From NCBI GenBank assembly GCA_965215195.1, contig CBDCDC010000002.1, positions 3,776,001 to 3,840,000 of the forward strand: 64,000 bases of DNA, read 5' to 3'. This DNA comes from Candidatus Latescibacterota bacterium. GTDB lineage: Bacteria; Latescibacterota; UBA2968; UBA8231. The translations under genes and the position numbers were made by a program. Shown here piece after piece: positions 39,300 to 48,186 of the stretch. Numbering within the stretch: position 1 is the first letter of the stretch; every line of letters starts with the position of its first letter. The notes under the pieces are model-generated. The model saw only the letters and a program-made list of their open reading frames with translations, ran no database searches and was not told the origin of the DNA.

Positions 39300-41124
39300 G
39301 ATCCGGGCCGTTGAGATGGGCGAGCAAGGCGTCGGCTTGTTTGCGGCTGAAGCCGGGGAGGGCGGCGATTTGCTCGGCTGGCGCAGCCGCGATGCGCTTG
39401 ACCGAGCCAAAGGCGAGGAGCAGTGCCCTGCGCTTTTGCGGGCCGATGCCGGGGACGTGATCCAAAGCCGAGCTCAGCGTGCTCTTGGCGCGTTGCTGGC
39501 GGTGGTTTTTGAGCGCGAAGCGGTGGGCTTCGTCGCGCAGCATCTGCAATAGGCGCAGGCTGGCCGAGGTCTTGGGCAGCAGCAGAGGATCGCGCTGGTC
39601 CGGCCGGAAGACTTCCTCGAATCGCTTGGCAAGGCCGACGACGGGTTGTTCTGCCATATCTAGCTCGCGCAGGGCGGCGACCGCACTGGTAAGTTGGCCC
39701 GGCCCGCCGTCGATGAGCAGCAAATCGGGCCGCGGCTCGTTGCGCTCGGCAAGGCCGCGGAAGCGGCGATGGACCACTTGGTGGATGGCGGCGTAGTCGT
39801 CGGGCTGGGCGAGATCGCGGATCTTGAAGTAGCGATACTGGCTGCGCTTGGCCCGGCCGTCGATAAAGCAGACCACCGAGCCGACCGGGTGTGCGCCTTG
39901 GAAGGTGGAGATGTCGATGCCTTCGATGTGGCGGGGCGGACCCGCTAGCTGCAAGTCGCGCTGGAGGGCATAGACCGATTGGGGGATGCGGTCGCGCTTC
40001 ATCTCGCGCTTGTGCTGGCGTTCGGCGAGCATCTGGGCGGCGTTTTTGGCGGCCATGTCCAGCATCTGCGCCTTGGCACCGCGCTGGGGGGTGGCCAACC
40101 CGACCTTGCCGTCGGCCTTTTGCGACAGCCAAGCGGCCACGGCGTCGGCATCGGCTAGCTGGGCCGGCAGGTGGATTTCGGGCGGGACAAAGTCGTTTTG
40201 CAGGTAGAATTGCCGCGCAAAGGCCGAGAGGATTTCCCCGTCTGAGGACTCCATGACCCCGCCGAGGAAGTGGTGCTTTTTGCCGAGCAAGCGGCCCTCG
40301 CGGATTTCGAGGACGCTGCAACAGGCTTCGTCATCGCTGCGGGCCATGCCGAGGACGTCGCGGTCAACCGGGCTGTCGAGGACGACCTTCTGGCGCGCGC
40401 ACATGGATTCTAGTGCTTGGATCTGGTCGCGGTAGCGGGCTGCTTTCTCGTAGCGCATGTCCTCGGCGGCTTCGCTCATGCGCTTTTGCAACTCGCGGAT
40501 CACTTCGGCGTTCTGGCCGCGCAAAAAGCGCACGGCCCGCTCGACGGTTTTGCGGTAGTCGTTGGCCGAGACGAGGTTTTCGCAGGGGCCTTCGCAGCGC
40601 TTGATGTGGTATTCGAGGCACAGCGGCACCTTGTCTGAGGGCAACTGGGCGTTGCAGGAGCGGATGGGAAAGACCTTGCGCAGCATGTCGAGGGTAGTGT
40701 ACATGGCGCGGACGTTGCTGTACGGGCCGAGGTAGCGCGAGCCGTCGCGGACCACGTCGCGGGTGGCGAAGATGCGGGGGAAAGGCTCGGCTGTGATGCG
40801 GATGTAAGGGTATTTCTTGTCGTCTTTGAGCAGGATGTTGTAGCGCGGTTTGTGCGTGCGGATTTGGGTGGCTTCGAGGATGAGGGCCTCTTGCTCGCTA
40901 CTCGTTACGATGTAGTCGATATCGGCGATGTTGCGGACCAAGGCTTTGAACTGACGCCGGCCATCGCCGCCCGAGGTGCGAAAGTACGAGCGCACCCGGT
41001 CGCGCAGGCTTTTGGCCTTGCCGATGTAGATGATCTGCCCGTCGCGCCTTTTCATCATATAGACGCCGGATTCGTTGGGCAGGGCGTCGAGTTTGAGGCG
41101 CAGATCTTCGGAGAGGTTCTTCAT
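39274..41124 (-). CDS. uvrC: Excinuclease ABC subunit C
   Basis: GVY...YIGKAKSLRDRVRSYF (GIY-YIG), PRYNILLKDDK, IDGG, RDEAHRFA, HhH GIG. Confidence 0.95.
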   Translation of the reverse strand: MKNLSEDLRLKLDALPNESGVYMMKRRDGQIIYIGKAKSLRDRVRSYFRTSGGDGRRQFKALVRNIADIDYIVTSSEQEALILEATQIRTHKPRYNILLKDDKKYPYIRITAEPFPRIFATRDVVRDGSRYLGPYSNVRAMYTTLDMLRKVFPIRSCNAQLPSDKVPLCLEYHIKRCEGPCENLVSANDYRKTVERAVRFLRGQNAEVIRELQKRMSEAAEDMRYEKAARYRDQIQALESMCARQKVVLDSPVDRDVLGMARSDDEACCSVLEIREGRLLGKKHHFLGGVMESSDGEILSAFARQFYLQNDFVPPEIHLPAQLADADAVAAWLSQKADGKVGLATPQRGAKAQMLDMAAKNAAQMLAERQHKREMKRDRIPQSVYALQRDLQLAGPPRHIEGIDISTFQGAHPVGSVVCFIDGRAKRSQYRYFKIRDLAQPDDYAAIHQVVHRRFRGLAERNEPRPDLLLIDGGPGQLTSAVAALRELDMAEQPVVGLAKRFEEVFRPDQRDPLLLPKTSASLRLLQMLRDEAHRFALKNHRQQRAKSTLSSALDHVPGIGPQKRRALLLAFGSVKRIAAAPAEQIAALPGFSRKQADALLAHLNGPDHGPPEIHS

Positions 41125-41156
41125 CAGAAAGAGATGCAGGTTGACATATTGCAACG

Positions 41157-41185
41157 AGAATATGCGTTTTGCCGGGCCGCGTCAA
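41157..41185 (-). promoter_or_regulatory. sigma70-type promoter for the uvrC-xerD operon
   Basis: Minus strand TTGACG-N17-TATTCT. Confidence 0.6.
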
Positions 41186-42393
41186 GAAAGGCGAAAGACG
41201 CGGGCGAAGATGCACTTGAGGTAGCGTCCGTCGGGGAAGGCTGGATCTATCGGATGGTCGGCTGGATGCAGGTTGTAGGCGAGGATACGGGTGCGAACCC
41301 GGGCGCCAGCGGCGGCGCGGCGGACGATTTGAAAGAAATCCTCTGGGGAAATGCGCGCCGAGCACGAGGCCGTCACCAGCAGCCCGCCATCGGCTATGAG
41401 GCGGAAGGCATTGCGATTGAGTTTGGTATAGACGCCCATGGCCTGTTTGTGCTGGCTGCGTTTGCGCATCAGGGAGGGCGGGTCGCAGACGACGATGTCG
41501 CAGCGGGGGCCGCGCTCGGCCAGTTCATCTACAAAGGGAAAGACATCGGCGATCAAGAGGTCGGCGTGGGAGCCTTGGGGGCAATTGGCCGCGAGGGTGC
41601 GGCGGGCAACGGGCACGACTTGGGGCGATATATCGACGTCGAGGGTGCGGGATGCACCGCCTTTGAGGGCGTGGGCGGAAAAACCGCTCGAATAGGAGAA
41701 CAGGTTGAGTACGCGCTGGCCGCGGGCGAGCTGCTGGAGATAGAAGCGGTTGGCGCGTTGGTCGAGGAAAAAGCCGGTCTTCTGGCCGCGATAGAGATCG
41801 GCGTAGAGGCGCGTACCGTGCTCGGCGATTTCGACGAATTCGGGCGGTGCTGCGCCGGCGAGCAGGCCAGTGGGCCGGTCGTTCAGTCCCTCGGCGCGGC
41901 GGGTGCCCACATCGCTGCGTTCGTACAGGCTGCGGGGAGCGAGCAGGGCTTGGAGCGCGTCGAGGACGGCGGAGCGTTGCTTTTCCATGCCAGCCGTGTG
42001 GAATTGCACCACTAGGTAGCCGGCGTAGTCGTCGGCGACTAAGCCGGGCAGGCCATCGCTTTCGCCGTGGACTAGGCGCATGGCGTTGGTGTGGGCGGAT
42101 AGGCCGGCGCTGCGGCGGAGGGCGATGGCTTGGGCGATGCGCTCTGTGAAGAAGGCCGCGTCAATGGGGCGGCTGGGGTCTTGGGTGAGACTGCGCACGC
42201 GGATCAGCGAGCGTCGATTGTAGAACCCGCGACAGACGAAGCGCTCTTTGGCATCAAAGACATCGACGATATCGCCGGTGTCGGCATCTCGGGGAGGGCG
42301 TTCGACCGCGCCGGAGAAGACCCAAGGGTGGCCGTTGCGCACGGTGCGCTCGCTGTTGGGGCGCAGGTAGAGGGGTGGATAGTGGGGGGGCAT
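41182..42393 (-). CDS. rlmI: RlmI-like SAM-dependent rRNA methyltransferase
   Basis: GHPWVFSG (PUA), GESDGLPGL, GQKTGFFLDQR, VLNLFSY, DPP, ASCS, YLK. Confidence 0.8.
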   Translation of the reverse strand: MPPHYPPLYLRPNSERTVRNGHPWVFSGAVERPPRDADTGDIVDVFDAKERFVCRGFYNRRSLIRVRSLTQDPSRPIDAAFFTERIAQAIALRRSAGLSAHTNAMRLVHGESDGLPGLVADDYAGYLVVQFHTAGMEKQRSAVLDALQALLAPRSLYERSDVGTRRAEGLNDRPTGLLAGAAPPEFVEIAEHGTRLYADLYRGQKTGFFLDQRANRFYLQQLARGQRVLNLFSYSSGFSAHALKGGASRTLDVDISPQVVPVARRTLAANCPQGSHADLLIADVFPFVDELAERGPRCDIVVCDPPSLMRKRSQHKQAMGVYTKLNRNAFRLIADGGLLVTASCSARISPEDFFQIVRRAAAGARVRTRILAYNLHPADHPIDPAFPDGRYLKCIFARVFRLS

Positions 42394-42405
42394 TTTCTTT
42401 TTTAC

Positions 42406-43647
42406 TTACCAAGCGAGGTGCCAGGGAACAGCGCGGATACCGGGCCGCAACGTGTGCGGCGCATCGACGCGGCAGGCTAGGACGCCGCGAGCTTGAGGGC
42501 CAGCGAGGGCGAGCCAGCGCGCGAGTCCCTCGGCGTGTTTTGGGGTGGGCGTGGCCGTGGCCTTGACCTCGACGCCGTAGAGTGCGCCGCCGCGCTCGAT
42601 GACGAGATCAACTTCGGCGATGGTGTTCGATTGCCAGTAGTACAGGTTTGGTTTTTCGCCCTGTTGCCGACAGGCTTTTAGCCATTCGCCCACGACGGCG
42701 GTTTCTACTAGTGCCCCCAGACTGGGGCCTTGGAGCACTGCTTCTGCCGCGTGGAGGCCGAGGAAGAAGGTGGCTAATCCAGGATCAATCAGGTAGAGCT
42801 TGGGGCTTTTGCGCAGGCGTTTGCCTAAGTTGCGGTAATAGGGTTGCAGCAGATAAATGATCTGGCTGGTTTCCAATACTGAAAGCCAGCGCTTGATCGT
42901 CGGGCCGCTGACGCCGACTTCGCGGCTGAGTTCGGTCGTGTTGAGCGTAGTGCCGGTACGGGCACCGACGAGCATGAGGAAGCGGGTAAAAGCGCCCAAA
43001 TCGGCAATCTGGGCTAGGTCGCGCACGTCGCGTTCGAGATAGGTCTGGACATAGCTGCCAAACCAGAGTTGGCGATCCACCCGCGGCTCGACCCGCGGCT
43101 CGACCCGCGGCTCGGGAAAGCCGCCGCGCAAGAGCCAATCTGCGAGGTTGATCGACCGCGATGATTGGTCCGCGGCCGCGGGAACGCCGAACACCTTGTC
43201 CAACAGGGCATCCATGCCAGACGGCACTGGTCGTTGGCCGATTTCGGCGGTGGAGAGCGGGTCGAGGGTGAGGATGGCGACGCGACCCGAGAGGGTCTGA
43301 CTGAGGCCGTGCATGAGCGCGAAGTTCTGCGAGCCGGTCAGGAGCCAGCGACCCGGGCGGCGGTTGGCGTCGATATCGTCTTTGATGTAGTGGAGCAGCT
43401 CTGGCGCGTACTGGATTTCGTCGAGGATCACCGGCGGGGCGGCCTCAGAGAGGAAGGCGATTGGATCGGCTTGGGCACGTGCCCGGATGTCGGGGCGTTC
43501 GAGCGAGAGATAGCGATGGGAAGTGCCGAATTCTCGGCACAACAGAGTGGTTTTGCCCGTCTGCCGCGCACCAGTGACCAGCACGGCGGGAAAGGTAGCA
43601 GCGGCCCGAAGGATGGTTTGCGTCAAATGGCGCTTGAGATAGGACAT
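42406..43647 (-). CDS. AAA+ ATPase with DUF4143 C-terminus
   Basis: TGARQTGKTT, LDEIQ, LTGSQ, TYLERDV, KSPKLYLIDPGL, EVD...VEVK; ATG 43647. Confidence 0.88.
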   Translation of the reverse strand: MSYLKRHLTQTILRAAATFPAVLVTGARQTGKTTLLCREFGTSHRYLSLERPDIRARAQADPIAFLSEAAPPVILDEIQYAPELLHYIKDDIDANRRPGRWLLTGSQNFALMHGLSQTLSGRVAILTLDPLSTAEIGQRPVPSGMDALLDKVFGVPAAADQSSRSINLADWLLRGGFPEPRVEPRVEPRVDRQLWFGSYVQTYLERDVRDLAQIADLGAFTRFLMLVGARTGTTLNTTELSREVGVSGPTIKRWLSVLETSQIIYLLQPYYRNLGKRLRKSPKLYLIDPGLATFFLGLHAAEAVLQGPSLGALVETAVVGEWLKACRQQGEKPNLYYWQSNTIAEVDLVIERGGALYGVEVKATATPTPKHAEGLARWLALAGPQARGVLACRVDAPHTLRPGIRAVPWHLAW

Positions 43648-43750
43648 ACTGTGGCGAGACCTATTTCTTGCGAATTTAACATCTGATATTAAGATTTGCA
43701 AGAAATTGTCATCGCTTCCGGAAAAGTAAAAAAGAGAAAACAGTAGGCAC

Positions 43751-43784
43751 AAAAACCCCGCCGTCTTGGATGAGACGACGGGGG
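43751..43784 (-). terminator. Rho-independent terminator after the SDR gene
   Basis: Minus strand CCCCGTCGTCT-loop-AGACGGCGGGG-TTTTT. Confidence 0.75.
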
Positions 43785-43808
43785 ACAACCGCGAGATGGC
43801 TCCGCACC

Positions 43809-44534
43809 CTAACCCCAGCTCGGGATCGGGGTCTGAAGCGGATCGTCGATCCAGAGAAAGCACCCGTTGACGTTGCTCTCAATGATGTCGATCACGAGCT
43901 GGGCCGCCTTCTCCGGCGGATCCCCACCCGTTTGCTCCACCCACGCCACCCAGTTGTCGTAGCCGCTCTCCCTGACGGTGCTCATCTTGTCGCGGATATC
44001 CGCCCACATCGCGGTCTTGACGTCGCCGGGATGGATGACGTTCGCGGTGACGCCCGTCCCCTCCAGCTCGGCGGCAAGGTGTCGGGTGAACTGGTTGAGA
44101 GCGACCTTTGCCGTGCCGTAGGCGCTGTTCAGCCGCCCGGGGGTGTGCAGCGACGCCGCAGACGAAAGGCTCACGATCCGGCCCCATCCTGCGTCCAGCA
44201 TTCCGCTTAGAAACGCACGGGACACGAGATAGGGCCCCACTGCATCGATCATGAGCGTTTCGACCCATTCCTCGGGGTCGCTGTCCTTTACGAGGGCGAT
44301 CGGGCCGAAAACCCCGGCGGCATTGACGAGAACGGTGGGCCGACCGAGCTCGGCTTCGACCGCGGTTTTGAGGCGGTCAACATCGGCCGGGTCCGACACA
44401 TCGGCCGCGAATCGCGCCGAGCGGCGCGCGACGGTTGCGACGGCAAGGCCGCGCGCCTTTAGAGCATCGGCGATTGCCCGTCCGACGCCGCGGCTGGCGC
44501 CGGTGACGACCGCGACGCGTCCCTCGAGATTCAT
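43809..44534 (-). CDS. SDR family oxidoreductase
   Basis: TGASRGVG, VNAAG, YGTAK, HPG. Confidence 0.88.
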   Translation of the reverse strand: MNLEGRVAVVTGASRGVGRAIADALKARGLAVATVARRSARFAADVSDPADVDRLKTAVEAELGRPTVLVNAAGVFGPIALVKDSDPEEWVETLMIDAVGPYLVSRAFLSGMLDAGWGRIVSLSSAASLHTPGRLNSAYGTAKVALNQFTRHLAAELEGTGVTANVIHPGDVKTAMWADIRDKMSTVRESGYDNWVAWVEQTGGDPPEKAAQLVIDIIESNVNGCFLWIDDPLQTPIPSWG

Positions 44535-44536
44535 GG

Positions 44537-45334
44537 TCAGGCCTCGGCGGGCACGATGGGATTGTGCGCGTCACCGAGGCGCTTGCGCTCACTGCCCCAG
44601 TTGCCGGCGCTGCCGTTCCAGTAGCGGGTGTCGGACGGGCTGTACGAGAAGAGGTAGGACCAGCGCGGCTCGTCGGTGGTGTTGGCCGGGCCCCCGTGGA
44701 TGGTGTATCCGTGATGCACGGTGCAGTCTCCCGGCTGGTAGTGGAGAGGCGGCGAGAGCTCCAGCACGGACGTCAGATTCGGGAACTGCTCGAGCAGGTC
44801 GCCTCGGTCGTCGTTGAACACCGAACCGAGCGGTCCTTCGCGATGGGAGCGGCTGACGAACCGCATGGCACCCATCTCGGCTGTGACTTCCGCCAGTGCC
44901 AGCCAGAACTGGAGCTCGCCGACCCGGTCGGAGCCATGCTCGGACGAGTCTTGGTGATAGGTGGACCCGGCTGCTCCGGGGGCCTTTTTTAGGAGCAGAT
45001 CCACGCGGTAGCGGAGCGGAACATCCACGCCCTTGAGCCGCTTCCTGTTCACGAGGCGCGTCGCGTTTTGTGCCATGCGCTCGCTGAACATGAATGAACG
45101 AAACGGCTCGGTCGCTTGATTCCGCGCCAGGCCGGCGACCGGCTTGCCGGGGCCAACCTCCTCGGCGTGGCGCTCGGCCCACTCCCGTCCGACGCGCAGG
45201 AGCTGTGCGGCGAACTTTGGAGCGACGAGCCGCGGCATCATAACCCAGCCGTATTCGTGGTAGAAGGCCACCTCCTCGTCTGTGACCTCCCGGACGACAG
45301 CCTCGATCTCGCGCTCGGTCATTGCTTGTTCCAT
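44537..45334 (-). CDS. Phytanoyl-CoA dioxygenase (PhyH) family protein
   Basis: FYHEYGWV, YHQD, WLAL...GAMRFV..SH, HGGPAN...R. Confidence 0.85.
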   Translation of the reverse strand: MEQAMTEREIEAVVREVTDEEVAFYHEYGWVMMPRLVAPKFAAQLLRVGREWAERHAEEVGPGKPVAGLARNQATEPFRSFMFSERMAQNATRLVNRKRLKGVDVPLRYRVDLLLKKAPGAAGSTYHQDSSEHGSDRVGELQFWLALAEVTAEMGAMRFVSRSHREGPLGSVFNDDRGDLLEQFPNLTSVLELSPPLHYQPGDCTVHHGYTIHGGPANTTDEPRWSYLFSYSPSDTRYWNGSAGNWGSERKRLGDAHNPIVPAEA

Positions 45335-45495
45335 AACCCGTGCTCCTAATTGTGCTACTGTGCGGACTCGGACTGATAAGAAGCCTTTATGGACGCGTTG
45401 TCAAGGGCCGTAGTGGGGATGCGTTGTCGGCGGCAAACCGCAATAGGACCGTTTCGCAGTCGGCTATTTTCGTCGTCTGACAAGAAATCAGCGCG

Positions 45496-46839
45496 TCAAC
45501 TGAGATACTGCTTGGCCTCTTTGCCCACCACCTCGCGCAAGTCGGGGTCGTCAATGCAGAAGATGCGGAAAATTTTGGCTTGGTCCTCAAAGTTGTGCAG
45601 CAGCGAGTCGCGCAGGCGGGAGACCTCTGGGTCGGCAAAGGTCAGAGGGTCGGTCCTGTCGGCGGGAAGCGTACGGCCGTAGAAGACCCTGAGATCGACT
45701 TCGGGCGTCTTGTCAAAGCTGGGGATGTCGATGAGGATCTCGTGGCCTTGGAACGGGCGGCCGAGCCGCTGGCCGAAGACTTGGCACAGCTCAATTTCCT
45801 TGGCGCGGCGCTTGTAGGGATGGCGGAAGAGGAAATTGAGGTGGTGCATCAGGGGTTGGGTGCGCTCGCTGGGATGGATGACGGCACCGACCTTGTAGAG
45901 GCGGCGGTGGATCGTGCCGTCGAGGAGCTGGGCAGAGGTCTCCAGCCCTAGGCGCTCCTGCTCGCGCTGGAGGTGCGCGATCAGCCCACTCTCGGTGAGG
46001 CGGTGGAAATCGGCGAAGTTGAGTCGGTTGTGCGGATGGAGGAGAATCTCTTGCACGGCGCGCTTGAACATGGCCGACGCTGAGCGCACCGCGTGGTGCC
46101 AGTACACGTTGCGGTACATTTGGTAATTGGTAAAGACTAGGGCCTCGACGGCGGAGACGCCTTTGCTAGTGATGGCCAGCCGCTTGCGCTGCGGGTCGAA
46201 CTTGATCGAGGCGATCAGGCGGTCGCGGTTGACGCTCTCGCCGAAGGGTACGCCGCAGAACATGGAATCGCGCAGGAGATAGTCGATTTTGTCGGGGTCG
46301 AGGGTGCCGCTGAGGATATTGGCCAGCAGCAGGTCTGCGGGGGCAACCGCGCGGCCGCTGTTTTCGTAGTCGATGACGTTGGCCACCCGCACTGGGTCGG
46401 TCTGGAACTGATCGGCGATCGTCTGGCAGACTTCGCTGTCTTGGTCCTCGATGATCTGCCTCGCCCCTTCTTCGTGCCGCATGAAAAAGGGCCTTAGTTC
46501 TTCGAGGGTATGCGAGAAGGGGTAGTGGCCGATGTCGTGGAGCAAGGTGGCGGCGATGAAGACGCGCACGTCTTCGTCGCTCAGCACTAGGGGCGGATCC
46601 GAGCGCAGGAGACGGGCCAAAAACTGCTTGGCCAAGTGATAGACGCCCAGCGAGTGTTCAAAGCGCGAGTGGCGCGCCCCTGGGTACACCAGATGCACGT
46701 AGCCGAGCTGGGTGATGTTGCGCAGGCGCTGGAAGGCCCGGGTATCGACGAGGGCGAGGACGGGAGCGGGGACGTGGATGTAGCCCCAAACTGGGTCGCG
46801 GATGACCTTGCCTTCCTCGGCTAAAAGCGGATGATCCAT
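45496..46839 (-). CDS. HD-domain phosphohydrolase (dNTP triphosphohydrolase/YdhJ-like)
   Basis: IRDPVWG, FQRLRNITQLG, HSRFEHSLG, LLHDIGH, DPDKIDYL, MYRNVYWH. Confidence 0.88.
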   Translation of the reverse strand: MDHPLLAEEGKVIRDPVWGYIHVPAPVLALVDTRAFQRLRNITQLGYVHLVYPGARHSRFEHSLGVYHLAKQFLARLLRSDPPLVLSDEDVRVFIAATLLHDIGHYPFSHTLEELRPFFMRHEEGARQIIEDQDSEVCQTIADQFQTDPVRVANVIDYENSGRAVAPADLLLANILSGTLDPDKIDYLLRDSMFCGVPFGESVNRDRLIASIKFDPQRKRLAITSKGVSAVEALVFTNYQMYRNVYWHHAVRSASAMFKRAVQEILLHPHNRLNFADFHRLTESGLIAHLQREQERLGLETSAQLLDGTIHRRLYKVGAVIHPSERTQPLMHHLNFLFRHPYKRRAKEIELCQVFGQRLGRPFQGHEILIDIPSFDKTPEVDLRVFYGRTLPADRTDPLTFADPEVSRLRDSLLHNFEDQAKIFRIFCIDDPDLREVVGKEAKQYLS

Positions 46840-46849
46840 AGCGCCGGCC

Positions 46850-46878
46850 AATCTAGGGCCCCCCTGTTACCCTGTCAA
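46850..46878 (-). promoter_or_regulatory. sigma70 promoter for the HD gene
   Basis: Minus strand TTGACA-N17-TAGATT. Confidence 0.65.
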
Positions 46879-46941
46879 GAAATGCGCACCGAACTCATTA
46901 TGGAAGCAATAGTTAGGGCATTTTGTTGCACGGGCTGTCCA

Positions 46942-46970
46942 TTGACACAAAACCGATTGGCTCCTATCTT
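46942..46970 (+). promoter_or_regulatory. sigma70 promoter for the ndk-fab operon
   Basis: TTGACA-N17-TATCTT. Confidence 0.7.
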
Positions 46971-47020
46971 AAAAAATTTCATTTGAGGGACGCACTTGAG
47001 GAAATAACATTCTATATTTT

Positions 47021-47422
47021 ATGGAACGCACGTTGATGATCGTCAAGCCCGATGCGGTTGCCAAAAACGCCATCGGCCAAATTATTGCCCGCGTCGAGGG
47101 CGCGGGATTTGTCGTACGCGCCCTGCGCATGGTCGAGCTATCCGTTGAGCAGGCGAGGGCTTTCTACGCCGTGCATCGGGAGCGGCCTTTCTACGACGAG
47201 TTGGTGGAATTTATGACCTCGGGGCCAGCCGTGCCGATGGTGCTAGAGCGCACCGACGCGGTGGCGCACCTGCGCGAATTCATCGGTCCGACCAACAGCC
47301 TAGCGGCCCCGGCGGGCACGATTCGCGGCGACTTTGGCACGGATGTGCAGTGCAACGCCGTCCACGCCTCGGACTCAGCGGCCAACGCCGAGTCCGAGAT
47401 CGCGTTTTTCTTTGCCGACTGA
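47021..47422 (+). CDS. ndk: Nucleoside-diphosphate kinase
   Basis: ERTLMIVKPDAV, FYAVHRERPF, GTIRGDFG, NAVHASDS. Confidence 0.95.
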   Translation: MERTLMIVKPDAVAKNAIGQIIARVEGAGFVVRALRMVELSVEQARAFYAVHRERPFYDELVEFMTSGPAVPMVLERTDAVAHLREFIGPTNSLAAPAGTIRGDFGTDVQCNAVHASDSAANAESEIAFFFAD

Positions 47423-47429
47423 GTACGCC

Positions 47430-47969
47430 ATGAGTGCCTTGCTAGTACTCAACGATCTCGCAGAGGGGCCGAATGCGCTCTCCTTTGAGCTACGCGCAGA
47501 GGAACTGGAGTTAAAAGACGAATTTTTCGCCTTTCCCTCTATCGTCGAAGTCCGCGTCGAGGTGCGGCGTGCGCTCGACAACTTCAGGCTCGACGGGGTC
47601 GTAACCTGCCGCATTGCCGGCGAGTGCTATCGCTGTCTAGAGGAAGTACAGGAAGAGGTCGCGGCGCGGTTGCGCTTGCTCTTGCAGCGCCGCCAAGCGA
47701 CCCCGGAAGAGCTGGCCTCGGCCGAAGCAGACGGATTCATCGAGATCGTCGATCCCGGGACGCGCGAGTTCGATTTGTGCGCCCACATCCGCGAGGCCGT
47801 GATCTTGGACTTGCCAATGCGCATACCCACCCCGGACGCCGATGGGCGGTGCCCGCACTGCGGAGTTGACCGGGCCGACGAACCCACCGCCCAACGGGAA
47901 CGAGAAGTGGACCCGCGTTGGGCCGCGCTCGCGCAGATCGAATTTCCGCAACCCAAAGAAGGTTCTTGA
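47430..47969 (+). CDS. DUF177/YceD family protein
   Basis: ECYRCL, DL..HIREAVILDLP, CPHCG, DPRWAAL; directly upstream of rpmF. Confidence 0.85.
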   Translation: MSALLVLNDLAEGPNALSFELRAEELELKDEFFAFPSIVEVRVEVRRALDNFRLDGVVTCRIAGECYRCLEEVQEEVAARLRLLLQRRQATPEELASAEADGFIEIVDPGTREFDLCAHIREAVILDLPMRIPTPDADGRCPHCGVDRADEPTAQREREVDPRWAALAQIEFPQPKEGS

Positions 47970-47981
47970 GAGGAGTTCCCC

Positions 47982-48164
47982 GTGGCTGCAGTACCTAAGA
48001 GGAGAATTTCGCGCACCCGCCGCGACAAGCGGCGCACGCACTGGAAGATCAAGGCGGCGGCGAGGACCACTTGCTCCCACTGCGGACAGCCCGCCCTGCC
48101 CCATCGCGTCTGCCCGAGCTGCGGCTTCTATCGCGGCCGCGAATACATCGAGCCTGAAGTATAG
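47982..48164 (+). CDS. rpmF: 50S ribosomal protein L32
   Basis: AVPKRRISRTRRDKRR, CSHCG..LPHRVCPSCGFYRG. Confidence 0.95.
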   Translation: MAAVPKRRISRTRRDKRRTHWKIKAAARTTCSHCGQPALPHRVCPSCGFYRGREYIEPEV

Positions 48165-48186
48165 GCTGTTCGAGGCGGATGCTTGC

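Noticed and set aside
39200-42015. Long alternative ORFs (373 aa, 387 aa) and similar overlapping ORFs elsewhere
   Set aside because: Shadow frames of GC-rich genes with no motifs; the real genes are clear
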